In this document: one piece after another, positions 1 through 8,322 of the stretch
How the letters are laid out: every line of letters begins with the position of its first letter
Numbering within the stretch: position 1 is the first letter of the stretch
NCBI GenBank assembly: GCA_046318155.1
Contig: JBKCUU010000061.1
Coordinates: forward strand, 1 to 47,936
From: Bdellovibrio sp.
Lineage (GTDB): Bacteria > Bdellovibrionota > Bdellovibrionia > Bdellovibrionales > Bdellovibrionaceae
Reading direction: 5' to 3'
Length of the DNA stretch: 47,936 nucleotides
Program-made: the position numbers and the translations under genes
Notes under the pieces: model-generated
Databases searched by the model: none
Told to the model about the DNA's origin: nothing
What the model saw: the letters and a program-made list of their open reading frames with translations, nothing else

Positions 1-1
1 G

Positions 2-550
2 CGCGAGGGCGTTGTCGCGGCCTTAGGTCTTTTGCGTGAGTTTCAAAAATCTTTTACCTACAAACTGGATTTAACTTTGGTTCCGCGGTTCAATGAAGAG
101 GGCGTCTTGTTTAACAGCCGGATGAACACTCGCGGCGTTGATTTGAATCGCAACCTCCCCACCAAAGATTGGTCGCCCGAAATCAAAACGCCGCGCTACA
201 ATCCGGGTCCCTTTGCAGGGAGCGAACCCGAAAACCAAGCTCTGGCTGCTTTTCTTGAAAAAGAAAAACCAAACTTTTTGCTCAGTCTGCACTCGTGGAA
301 ACCTGTTCTTAATGTCAATGGCGATTGCCGTGGCGAGGCCGAAGTTTTGGCCAAACTAACGGGGTATTTGATTGATGATGATATCGGTTACCCCACGCCC
401 GGTTGCCTGGGAACGTATGCAGGACTCGAACGCACATCGCCAACCCTGACCTACGAGATTGAACGCGGCCTTGCTCCCGAAGAAACTTTACGCCTGCACG
501 TACCCGCAATTTTAGAATGCTTAAAATTCACCGAAACGAGAACTGTATGA
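2..550 (+). CDS. mpaA: M14-family zinc carboxypeptidase / murein peptide amidase A-like, 5'-truncated by window edge
   Basis: Frame is open from base 2 (REGVVAALGLL). Motifs GVDLNRNLPTKDW, GSEPE, LSLHS and TYEIE are typical of M14/MpaA. TGA overlaps the dapD ATG. Confidence 0.8.
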   Translation, partial: REGVVAALGLLREFQKSFTYKLDLTLVPRFNEEGVLFNSRMNTRGVDLNRNLPTKDWSPEIKTPRYNPGPFAGSEPENQALAAFLEKEKPNFLLSLHSWKPVLNVNGDCRGEAEVLAKLTGYLIDDDIGYPTPGCLGTYAGLERTSPTLTYEIERGLAPEETLRLHVPAILECLKFTETRTV

Positions 551-1365
551 ATGCCGCTCAAATAGAATCCTTAGAAGCCAAACTCAAAGCCCATGGGTCA
601 CTGACGCCTTCTGAAAAAGCGGATCTGCTGGCCGTCATCGAGGCTCTTGATACGGGTAAAATCCGCGTGGCTGAACGCCAAAGTTCAGGCGCTTGGACAA
701 CCAACGCGTGGGTGAAGCAAGCGATCCTCATGTACTTTCGAGTGATGCAGATGAACCCGATTCAAGCAGGGGATCTGCAATTTTTTGATAAAGTCCCTCT
801 CAAAACATGGTCGGCACAAACGGGTGTTCGCGTTGTTCCGCCTGCTGTGGCTCGCAAGGGCTCATTCATTGAACCCGGCGCCATCTTGATGCCTTCTTAC
901 GTCAACCTCGGCGCCTACGTGGGTGCTGGCACCATGGTCGACACCTGGGCCACCGTGGGCTCGTGCGCACAGATCGGCAAAAACGTGCATCTCTCGGGCG
1001 GCGTTGGCATTGGCGGCGTTCTTGAACCCATTCAAGCAAGCCCCGTTATCGTCGAAGACGACGTCTTTATTGGCAGCCGCTCGATCGTGGTCGAAGGTGC
1101 TTACATCCAAGAGGGTGCGGTCCTTGGCGCTGGGGTCACGATCACGGCCTCGACCAAAATTATTGATGTCTCAGGTCCCATCGAGCAGATTTTTCAAGGA
1201 GTCGTTCCCAAGAACTCGGTCGTGATCCCGGGCACTTATCAAAAAAACTTCGCCGCAGGAACCTACGGCGTGAATTGCGCGCTGATTATCGGCACTCGCA
1301 AAGAAAGCACCGACAAGAAAACTTCGCTCACGCAAGCTTTGCGAGAGCATTCGGTTTCGGTTTAA
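547..1365 (+). CDS. dapD: 2,3,4,5-tetrahydropyridine-2,6-dicarboxylate N-succinyltransferase
   Basis: Motifs LDTGKIRVAE, NAWVKQAIL, FFDKVPLK, LMPSYVNLGAYVGAGTMVDTWATVGSCAQIGKNVHLSGGVGIGGVLEP. ATG at 547 is in an ATGA overlap. Confidence 0.96.
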   Translation: MNAAQIESLEAKLKAHGSLTPSEKADLLAVIEALDTGKIRVAERQSSGAWTTNAWVKQAILMYFRVMQMNPIQAGDLQFFDKVPLKTWSAQTGVRVVPPAVARKGSFIEPGAILMPSYVNLGAYVGAGTMVDTWATVGSCAQIGKNVHLSGGVGIGGVLEPIQASPVIVEDDVFIGSRSIVVEGAYIQEGAVLGAGVTITASTKIIDVSGPIEQIFQGVVPKNSVVIPGTYQKNFAAGTYGVNCALIIGTRKESTDKKTSLTQALREHSVSV

Positions 1366-2609
1366 GAGCGGGATTGATTGCGAAGCAGCTCAGAAGGGCT
1401 GCTTTTGTAAAGGCCTGCTCCAACATTAAATGATCCCAGATAACTGAGCGTAAATCCAATCAAGAGAACGACAAAGATCAGAAACCAATCCGTCGATGCC
1501 GGAATTTCGGCGTCATAATAAATATCGGGCAAAACTCGCAAGGGCCAAACTTCAAGACTCAGAGACAGCGTCGTTCCGATCAGGCCGCCCGCAACCAAGC
1601 CCAATCCACCTAGACTGACGCCAATGCCGACCAACAGCCGACGCATCGCTTGAGGTCCTAATCCGATCGCCTGCAAAAGCCCCAGCTCTTTGCGTTTTTG
1701 CGAAATCAAAAGCCCCATCACGCTCAAGAGCGAGAAGCCCGCGACCAAGGCCGCAATTCCCAAAAACAAGCCGATGACAAATTTTTCGAGCTTCAGCGCC
1801 AAGAACAACGCCGAGTTGCGCTCTTTCCAGGTTTGAACCTGAACACCCGTCAACTTTTGCAGATCTTTTTTATACGCGTCGACCTCACTGGCGTTATTGG
1901 TCCAAACAACGATGCCTTGGTGACGACTGGGCGATGAGGCCAAAGCGCCCAAGGTTTTTCCTCGAAGAAAAAACAAATTTTTGGCGTCAACATCAGCAAG
2001 ATTCGTTGTTAAAATTCGGCGGACGCGGACCTTTTCAAACTTAGGCGCCTCACCCGCCGGGAGCAAAAGTCCCTCGGGCGGAAGCACCATCAGCGGATCA
2101 CCTTCAAAAACACCCAAGCTATGGGCCAAATCCACGCCTAAAAATACTTCGCCTTGAGCCATTGCATCGTCAGGGTGAGGAATGGGCTTAATCACCGATG
2201 GCTTGTTTTTTTGGCCCACGGATTCGATTTGCGAAAGCAAGACCGATAGACCCTCATCCGTCATCCCGCGCGCGACGGCACCTTGAAAGCGGCCATCCAT
2301 GGTTCGCAAAATGACGTCTTGAGTTTCCTCAGCAAACGAGCGCCACGCGGTCTTAGACTTGATTTTTTCGGCAACCGGGTGCGTTTCAAGAGCTTGAGCT
2401 GAAACGCCGGGGACTTCGACCCACAGGTGGGGTTCGGTGGCGAGCGTGCGCTCTTGCACACGTTCGTTCAAGGCGCGCATGACACTCAAGACTAAAATCA
2501 AGGCGGCGACACTAATAGTGAGGCCCCCTAGCGTGAGCCACGAGATCCGGCGGATCACCGCGCCAGCACGTCTTGAAAACAAAAAACGGAGCAAAAAGTC
2601 AAAGGTCAT
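1362..2609 (-). CDS. LolC/LolE (FtsX/MacB-type) lipoprotein-releasing ABC transporter permease
   Basis: N-terminal TM (ISVAALILVLSVM), a large periplasmic domain, TWKERNSALFLALKLEK, KRKELGLLQAIG, three C-terminal TMs, LPDIYY and PSELLR. Confidence 0.85.
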   Translation of the reverse strand: MTFDFLLRFLFSRRAGAVIRRISWLTLGGLTISVAALILVLSVMRALNERVQERTLATEPHLWVEVPGVSAQALETHPVAEKIKSKTAWRSFAEETQDVILRTMDGRFQGAVARGMTDEGLSVLLSQIESVGQKNKPSVIKPIPHPDDAMAQGEVFLGVDLAHSLGVFEGDPLMVLPPEGLLLPAGEAPKFEKVRVRRILTTNLADVDAKNLFFLRGKTLGALASSPSRHQGIVVWTNNASEVDAYKKDLQKLTGVQVQTWKERNSALFLALKLEKFVIGLFLGIAALVAGFSLLSVMGLLISQKRKELGLLQAIGLGPQAMRRLLVGIGVSLGGLGLVAGGLIGTTLSLSLEVWPLRVLPDIYYDAEIPASTDWFLIFVVLLIGFTLSYLGSFNVGAGLYKSSPSELLRNQSRS

Positions 2610-2667
2610 CCTCCTTTGACTCTCTCAAGGTAGAAACTGAGGGTTCAAGTGAATTAGAGGCGAAAGG

Positions 2668-3630
2668 TCACTTCGACGCAGGAAGGCGTCTGGCTCTTTC
2701 TTCTTCTTCTCGCACGTCTTCAACACTGCCGCGAATCAAGAAGGATTTTTGCATCGCTTTGAGTAAGACAACGGCCTCATCCAGTGCCTGAACGGCCCGG
2801 CGACTGGCATGTGGGAGGTCAGGACCGATTTCGGCCAAAGCCGGAATAAAGACCTTAAACTGCTCGGTCAAAACCGCGAGGTTCCCGACTAAATGTTCGA
2901 TGTCTTGGCCCATCTTGGGAGCCTTTTGATTGATCAAAGGAATCAGCGCATTGAGCTCGCGGGTCGTGACAGACAACTCGGCCATCACCCGTCCCAAGTT
3001 GTCGTCTTTGGTTGCTTGGCGCGAAAGCTTAATCACTTCAGTCGACATCGTATTGAGGTTTTTAAGCAAAGGATCGACGCGGTCAAACATTTGAATCATG
3101 CTTTGCGTTCGGTCTTTATCTAAGAAGGCTCGCGCAAGTGTTTTGAGACTATCCATCATCTCGCCCATATGCGCGAGCGACTCGCCCAAATTACGACCCG
3201 AGAGGACCGTCATCAGATCCATGGTATCGTGACCCCGCAACACTGTTTTGGGATCGAGCCTTGCAGCCTCGGTCGAACCAACGGTCACTTCTAAAGCGCG
3301 TTCACCAATGATAAAGGGGCGAATCAATTGCGCCTGGCTGTCGACTTTAATTCGGTTGGTGAACTTTTCCAGGATCGAAAAATGCACCAGGATCATATTG
3401 TCTTCAGTGAGTTCGACCTCATCGACACTTCCAGCTCTGAGCCCTGCAATCTGAACTGTCGCACCTGCGTGAAGGCCCTCGGCGGCTTTGAATTTGGTCA
3501 TGTAGGTGACCTTTGAATCAAACCAGCCTTGCTTCATCGCGACGCCCAGCATGCTCATCAAGAAAAGACCAATGGCGCCAAGAACAAAAAGTCCAGCGAC
3601 TTTTTCAAATTGATTAAACTTGATCTTCAT
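2668..3630 (-). CDS. mlaD: MCE/MlaD-family protein with long helical C-terminal extension
   Basis: N-terminal TM (AGLFVLGAI) and MCE motifs AEGLHAGATVQIAGLRAGSV and IIGERALEV. In an operon with the ABC ATPase and MlaE permease. Confidence 0.85.
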   Translation of the reverse strand: MKIKFNQFEKVAGLFVLGAIGLFLMSMLGVAMKQGWFDSKVTYMTKFKAAEGLHAGATVQIAGLRAGSVDEVELTEDNMILVHFSILEKFTNRIKVDSQAQLIRPFIIGERALEVTVGSTEAARLDPKTVLRGHDTMDLMTVLSGRNLGESLAHMGEMMDSLKTLARAFLDKDRTQSMIQMFDRVDPLLKNLNTMSTEVIKLSRQATKDDNLGRVMAELSVTTRELNALIPLINQKAPKMGQDIEHLVGNLAVLTEQFKVFIPALAEIGPDLPHASRRAVQALDEAVVLLKAMQKSFLIRGSVEDVREEEERARRLPASK

Positions 3631-4349
3631 AACGAGACCACTTTCTTCTCGGGCATGTCGGGCATCGCGTGCAGAAGTCCGCCTTCGATAAAGATTTCTG
3701 TATGCTCGACCGAACCCATAAACTTCTCGTCAAATGAGCTGATAAACGCATGTTTAAGCTGACCCTCTTTTTTTAGATTTTCAAGCAGGTCAAAAAACTT
3801 AAGAGACGTCTCTTGCGAAACACCCACGGTCGGATCATCGAGCAACACCACTTGCGGGTGCATGATGATCGCGCGGAGCAGACAGGCCAGTTTCTTGGTG
3901 CCGCCCGAGATAAAAGAGGGGCGCTGATCTTTGTACTTCCACAATCCAAAATCACGCAGGTACCTGCAGACTCTCTCGCTCGCTTCTTCTTGCGTGAGCA
4001 CCTTATGATAATGAAGCGGCAGAATCAGATTTTCGAACAGTGTACGATTATGAATCAATCCGCCCATATCAAAGCCGTATCCGATTGCTAAGCGGTACGG
4101 CAAAAACTCTTCAAACGACATGTCGGCGACGTTTTTCTCGTTGATAAAATAACTTCCGTGCGTGGGCATCTGCAAGGCGGCGAGCAGCTGAAGCAACGTC
4201 GAACGCCCCGAGCCGTGTTCGGCCTTGATCCAAACTAATTGGTTCATCGGAAAATCGAAATCGACATTCTCAAAAATGGCATCTTGGCCCTCGGGTTTAA
4301 ACGACAGGTTTTCGAAACGAAGTTTTTCGATATTTGGTTTTGAGCCCAT
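3627..4349 (-). CDS. MlaF-like ABC ATP-binding subunit with degenerate catalytic motifs
   Basis: ABC fold order is present but altered: Walker A AEHGSGRST, Q-loop GYGFD, signature ISGGT, Walker B VVLLDD, H-loop ISSFD. Also RTLFENLILPL. Confidence 0.8.
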   Translation of the reverse strand: MGSKPNIEKLRFENLSFKPEGQDAIFENVDFDFPMNQLVWIKAEHGSGRSTLLQLLAALQMPTHGSYFINEKNVADMSFEEFLPYRLAIGYGFDMGGLIHNRTLFENLILPLHYHKVLTQEEASERVCRYLRDFGLWKYKDQRPSFISGGTKKLACLLRAIIMHPQVVLLDDPTVGVSQETSLKFFDLLENLKKEGQLKHAFISSFDEKFMGSVEHTEIFIEGGLLHAMPDMPEKKVVSL

Positions 4350-5155
4350 TAGATCACCCCGAGCATGAGCAATTGATTGAGATAAAAGAGTATAGAAACC
4401 GAGAGATTAAAGACGATGACGTAAACAATGCTTTTCACCACGGCTTGAGTCGTGACCACGGGAACTTCGGTTGGACTGCGCTTGACCGAAAGCCCCTGGT
4501 AGCAGCACACCGAAAAGATGATCACACCGCTAAAAATGTTTTTTAAAAGAAAAAGACCCAGATCTTCAGTCGCAACCGCTTGTGATAACGAGTCGGCATA
4601 AAACTGAAACGGCATGCCGTGGATGAGTTTGGTCAGCAAAAAGCCTCCCAAGACAGAGATCATGACAAAGTAAATGGAGAGGCACACAACACTCACAATG
4701 CCGCCAACGAGACGTGGAAACACGATGTAGCTTAAGGGATTGATTCCCAGCGACTCGAGCGCTTCGATCTCGCGGTTGGCGCGCATGTTGCCAATCTCAG
4801 AGGCCACGGCTGTTCCCGACCGGGCGATCACCACCAAGGCCGTCATCAGCGGCGCCATTTCGCGAACGACAATGGCGATCAAGAGTTTGCCGATCATCCC
4901 CGTTCCACCCAGCAGATTGAGCTGACTTGATGATTGCAAAATGACCATCACGCCAGAAGCCAGCGCGAGTATCGAGATGAGCGGCAGCGCTTGCCAGCCG
5001 GTGAAGTAAACTTGCGCTGAAACGACTTGGTAAATGGCACGAAAACTTTGGGCTTGATCGCGAACACCCGCTCGGAGGGCAAGGTAGAGCATCAGAAAAA
5101 TATCTGCCGTGTACTCAAAGTTTTTTGTGACGGATTGACCGAGCCTGACAACCAC
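4349..5155 (-). CDS. mlaE: MlaE-family ABC transporter permease
   Basis: Motifs VVREMAPLMTALVVIARSGTAVASEIGNMRANREIEALESLGINPLSYIVFPR and VPVVTTQAVV. Confidence 0.92.
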   Translation of the reverse strand: MVVRLGQSVTKNFEYTADIFLMLYLALRAGVRDQAQSFRAIYQVVSAQVYFTGWQALPLISILALASGVMVILQSSSQLNLLGGTGMIGKLLIAIVVREMAPLMTALVVIARSGTAVASEIGNMRANREIEALESLGINPLSYIVFPRLVGGIVSVVCLSIYFVMISVLGGFLLTKLIHGMPFQFYADSLSQAVATEDLGLFLLKNIFSGVIIFSVCCYQGLSVKRSPTEVPVVTTQAVVKSIVYVIVFNLSVSILFYLNQLLMLGVI

Positions 5156-5201
5156 CGGAAAGCCTCACCTTCGCCTTCCAACTGGTCGGAATTTTTCGGC
5201 T

Positions 5202-5783
5202 TTAAGCGTAGGCCCACAGAGAGTAGAACATCGATTTCAGGACCTCGGTCGCCAGGTTAAAAAAATCCTCCTCGGCCTTAGGCGCGGCGACTGCGTGCTG
5301 GATAATCCTCATGTCACCGGGGATCGCCGCCGCAAAAGTCCGGTGCGCCCTGTACATATGGACCGAAGACGTGATCAAAATCAGATCCCGGCAGTGCAAG
5401 GCCTCTAAAATTGGGATACTCTGGTGGGCATTTCCGTAGGTGGTCTGGCTTCGGCGTTCAAGAATAATGTCTTTTGGGTTTACACCCAAGGCAAGATCAA
5501 AAGGAGTCATCAGATCTCGAAGTTCGGTTTGCGGGTTTACTCCCGAGATAACGAGTGTTTTGATGGCGCCTTTTTCGAATAAGGCCATGCCCTCGCGCAC
5601 ACGACCTGCCCCGCCCGTCAGAACAACACCGCAATCAGCGAGTGGATCTTGCGTCCAACTCGAGATCGGTGTCGACAAAACAAGATGAGCCTCTCGAAAT
5701 GCGATAAGCCCAAACAGTCCCATGGTGAGGAGGGTGAAGCCGACAAGGCGTTTAGTCTTTAAAGGCCAAGACTTCAATTTCAA
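5202..5783 (-). CDS. YdcF/DUF218 (ElyC/SanA-like) family protein; start uncertain
   Basis: N-terminal TM, VVLTGG, LVISGV, IILERRSQTTYGNA, LITSSVHMYRA and EVLK. The start is probably a TTG at 5783 or 5777 overlapping the ridA end. Confidence 0.85.
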   Translation of the reverse strand: MKLKSWPLKTKRLVGFTLLTMGLFGLIAFREAHLVLSTPISSWTQDPLADCGVVLTGGAGRVREGMALFEKGAIKTLVISGVNPQTELRDLMTPFDLALGVNPKDIILERRSQTTYGNAHQSIPILEALHCRDLILITSSVHMYRAHRTFAAAIPGDMRIIQHAVAAPKAEEDFFNLATEVLKSMFYSLWAYA

Positions 5784-6132
5784 CTTTGACTCCGCGAGGA
5801 AGGCCCGCCACCGCGACAGTCGAACGTGCAGGGGGATTTTGCGCAAAATGTTGGCCGTAGATTTCGTTCACCGCCTGAAAGTCATTCATGTCTGTTAAAA
5901 AAATGGTGGTCTTCACCACGTTCTCAAATTTGAGACCAGCACCATGAAGAACAGCTTCGACGTTTTTCATGACCTGTACGGTTTGGCTTTTGACGTCCGC
6001 CGGGATCGCCACATTTTTATCTGCAGACAGCGCGATTTGGCCTGAGCAAAAAACAAAGGGTCCCGCTTGAATGGCTTGAGAGTAAGGTCCAATGGCGGCG
6101 GGAGCATGATCGGTGTGAAGGACTTTTTTCAT
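5752..6132 (-). CDS. ridA: RidA/YjgF/YER057c/UK114 reactive-imine deaminase
   Basis: MKKVLHTDHAPAAIGPYSQAI, FCSGQI, VVKTTIFL, PARSTVAVAGLP, VEIE. ATG at 6132 follows an AGGAG RBS. Confidence 0.93.
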   Translation of the reverse strand: MKKVLHTDHAPAAIGPYSQAIQAGPFVFCSGQIALSADKNVAIPADVKSQTVQVMKNVEAVLHGAGLKFENVVKTTIFLTDMNDFQAVNEIYGQHFAQNPPARSTVAVAGLPRGVKVEIEVLAFKD

Positions 6133-6151
6133 TTGTGGCTCCTTTTGAGAA

Positions 6152-6646
6152 CTAAAAGTAAAAGACGATGCCGGCGCGTAAGAAGGAGTCACCCATCGTG
6201 CGGAAGCGAACTTTCTTGACGTTGGTAACGGCCACACCGGTTTCAAAATTGAATCCCAGATTTTCGAGACCCGCAAAAAAGAACTCGGCGCCGACCAGGG
6301 CCGCAAGTTCAAACCCCGAATCGGTCGAGCCCGCGGCCTCTTTCGAAACCATCGAGAATACGCCGCCCATAAAGAAATTCAAATTGTCTTCGGTGAAAAT
6401 GATTTTGCGAATCCCGCCCGAGAGTGCAAACTTCGAATTTTGATCTTCAGTGTCAATTCCGACGGCACCGACAAAGCCCATATCAGAGGTGGGATAATAA
6501 TGGGCCGCAAGACTGGGAAGATCAAACGAGTACGCGTTTCGAAAGCCCACACCGAGGCGGCTCGACAAATCTTTGGCTGAGGCGGCGGAAGCAAATCCCA
6601 CCAGTGCGCTGATCAATGCAATGCAAAACAATCCTGAACGAAGCAC
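6152..6646 (-). CDS. Small outer-membrane beta-barrel protein
   Basis: Signal peptide ending ASA-K, alternating amphipathic strands (GAEFFFAGLENLGFNFETG), and a C-terminal aromatic BAM-type signal IVFYF. Confidence 0.7.
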   Translation of the reverse strand: MLRSGLFCIALISALVGFASAASAKDLSSRLGVGFRNAYSFDLPSLAAHYYPTSDMGFVGAVGIDTEDQNSKFALSGGIRKIIFTEDNLNFFMGGVFSMVSKEAAGSTDSGFELAALVGAEFFFAGLENLGFNFETGVAVTNVKKVRFRTMGDSFLRAGIVFYF

Positions 6647-6763
6647 GTGATTCTCCTTGGTCTCTAAGTGCGATTATTGAATGCCAAAACGGCAGCAGGA
6701 GCAACGAAAATCATCTTGTCGCGCCGGGTACTTAGAAGTACAACTTGAGGTGTTGGGACACGT

Positions 6764-6839
6764 GGGGCTGTAGCTCAGCTGGGAGAGCGGAAGCATGGCA
6801 TGTTTCAGGTCGCAGGTTCGATCCCTGTCAGCTCCACCA
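6764..6839 (+). tRNA. tRNA-Ala(GGC)
   Basis: 76 nt. Acceptor GGGGCTG/CAGCTCC with G3:U70, D-arm TAGCTCAGCTGGGAGAGC, anticodon stem GAAGC/GTTTC with loop ATGGCAT, T-loop GGTTCGATCC, encoded CCA. Confidence 0.97.
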
Positions 6840-6951
6840 TTTGTCAAGCGACTCGAACTCTCACACTTAAAAAAATTTGAAAAGTTCGGGTGGGCCTGAC
6901 CCTTTGCGCCGAATCCTCGGCGGTTTGCCCCTATGTTTGGGCATCTAACAA

Positions 6952-7176
6952 TCAAACGGCAATCTTCTTTTTTGATTTACTCTTCTCGGTAAAAGCTTGC
7001 AGCACATCACGAATCAAAACCTGATAACGACCCTCGTAGTCTTCATTCAACGCCAACCTCTTTAGATCTTTAACTAAATTCAAAGGAAGCCTGATCGAAA
7101 TATGCGCTGTTATATTCGCGTCAGCAAAATCTTCAGCTGGAACATTCACTGAACCTGTTTTTACTTTTTTAGCCAT
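6952..7176 (-). CDS. Putative CopG/ribbon-helix-helix antitoxin-like protein
   Basis: 74 aa with AHISIRLPLNLVKDLKRLA...YQVLIRDVL, resembling CopG/BrnA-type RHH antitoxins. Overlaps the upstream ORF by 8 nt. Confidence 0.65.
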   Translation of the reverse strand: MAKKVKTGSVNVPAEDFADANITAHISIRLPLNLVKDLKRLALNEDYEGRYQVLIRDVLQAFTEKSKSKKKIAV

Positions 7177-7408
7177 GCAGTTCCTCCCATCTTTCTAACA
7201 AGAGCATTCTGTTTTCACGGACAACTTTTAAAATGCGATTCAAAGTCGCTTGCGAAAACTCTGTTTCAGAGTCCATAACTTCAAGACTCAATAGATTGAT
7301 CCGAACCGAAGCCACCATCCCTTCAATATGCACATGAGGTGGACGATGGTCATTTTCGTTGATTTTGTACACCAAATGCTTGGACGAAAGCGCTTTGATC
7401 CTGGTCAT
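7169..7408 (-). CDS. DUF4160-family small protein, putative toxin
   Basis: 79 aa with INENDHRPPHVHI and C-terminal LLERWEELHG, both hallmarks of DUF4160. Confidence 0.75.
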   Translation of the reverse strand: MTRIKALSSKHLVYKINENDHRPPHVHIEGMVASVRINLLSLEVMDSETEFSQATLNRILKVVRENRMLLLERWEELHG

Positions 7409-7416
7409 CTTGAAAG

Positions 7417-7445
7417 AGCATACAATAAATACTGTATATACACAA
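7417..7445 (-). promoter_or_regulatory. Sigma70-type promoter with overlapping operator palindrome for the DUF4160/RHH pair
   Basis: Minus strand TTGTGT-N17-TATGCT with extended TG, 8 nt before the ATG. Inverted repeat ATACA-N8-TGTAT at 7420-7437. Confidence 0.6.
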
Positions 7446-7447
7446 GT

Positions 7448-7687
7448 CTATTTCCCCCGAAGTACAATGGGCTTTGACGTCAATCCATATTTTTGAGGAT
7501 TTTGCTTTACAGCTCGAATACGTTCTTCAATGGCCGTTCGGCTGACGCCAAAATGCAGGGCTAGCCTGTCTATTCTCCAATGCTCGATCCATCGAAGTCT
7601 TGCCAATTCAGTCAGATCTAGATATTCACGTTGCCAGTGGATGCTGTAAGCCTGGGAAACCACGAGTCCACCCGGTTCTTGGAGCAT
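7448..7687 (-). CDS. Small helix-turn-helix protein
   Basis: 79 aa with WRIDRLALHFGVSRTAIEERI (HTH-like). GGAGG lies upstream of the ATG. Confidence 0.55.
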   Translation of the reverse strand: MLQEPGGLVVSQAYSIHWQREYLDLTELARLRWIEHWRIDRLALHFGVSRTAIEERIRAVKQNPQKYGLTSKPIVLRGK

Positions 7688-7689
7688 GG

Positions 7690-7703
7690 CCCCGCCTCCA
7701 CTA
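7690..7703 (+). mobile_element. att-like remnant resembling a tmRNA/tRNA-Ala-type 3' end
   Basis: CCCCGCCTCCACTA is the acceptor 3' strand CGCCTCC plus discriminator A plus a CCA-like CTA. It is on the same strand as tRNA-Ala and is followed closely by a terminator. Confidence 0.45.
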
Positions 7704-7721
7704 AATACTACAATCTAAATC

Positions 7722-7751
7722 AAAAGCCCGACGATCTCTCGTCGGGCTTTT
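7722..7751. terminator. Bidirectional intrinsic terminator
   Basis: Perfect hairpin AAAAGCCCGACGA-tctc-TCGTCGGGCTTTT with A and T tails. Confidence 0.85.
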
Positions 7752-7885
7752 ATATTTCACTTTCAACCCCATTTTGCCAATACGCAGGGGGCTTTTCTTT
7801 TTTCGCAAATCTCGACGCTGCCATGACTGACTTTCGTGTCAGCAGGCGTCTGTCCAAAATCTGATTCTATTGACTTGTCAAAAAC

Positions 7886-8173
7886 TTAGTCGTTGCTGCC
7901 ACCGGCATCTCGCTCTGAGCAAGTGTAACCCACGAAGCAAGCATCGGAATCTTTGGTTTCAACCCAAGCTGGTTGAGTAGTTTGGTTAACTGCGCAATAT
8001 CCAGCATGCGCGACGTAATATCCACGAATGTAGGGCCCGGTGCTTAGTAACAAAGCGCCGCTAGAACTGACAGCCTGTCTCGTCTCGGCACAGGTATGGT
8101 CTAAAGTTTGGAACCCCGCATGGGCTGAAACGGTGCTGGTCAGCAAGCCGGCCAATACGAATAATGTTTTCAT
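7886..8173 (-). CDS. Small secreted four-cysteine hypothetical protein
   Basis: Signal peptide ending AHA-G, four Cys, C-terminal PAWVETKDSDACFVGYTC, AGGAG RBS. Confidence 0.7.
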   Translation of the reverse strand: MKTLFVLAGLLTSTVSAHAGFQTLDHTCAETRQAVSSSGALLLSTGPYIRGYYVAHAGYCAVNQTTQPAWVETKDSDACFVGYTCSERDAGGSND

Positions 8174-8322
8174 GAGATTCTCCTTCTTAGGAGTTTTTCT
8201 ATAGATTTAACACATCTCGGCAGTCGTCGCTCAGATCATGGTAACCAAGAAATGAAACCAGAAGCAAAAATTTTTTGTTGAGTTTTTTCATGACTAAGGA
8301 TCGATGCTCCTATGAATCAAGA

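Noticed and set aside
6133..6312. N-terminal extension of RidA given by the ORF track
   Set aside because: It overlaps the beta-barrel gene in another frame. The RBS and family alignment place the start at 6132.
6674..6955. 93-aa minus-strand ORF
   Set aside because: It is the antisense shadow of tRNA-Ala (GGADRDRTCDL is a typical tRNA antisense translation).
7431..7446. SOS (LexA) box-like CTGTATATACACAAG
   Set aside because: Spacing and the right half-site do not fit CTGT-N8-ACAG. It is better explained as the -35 box plus TA operator.
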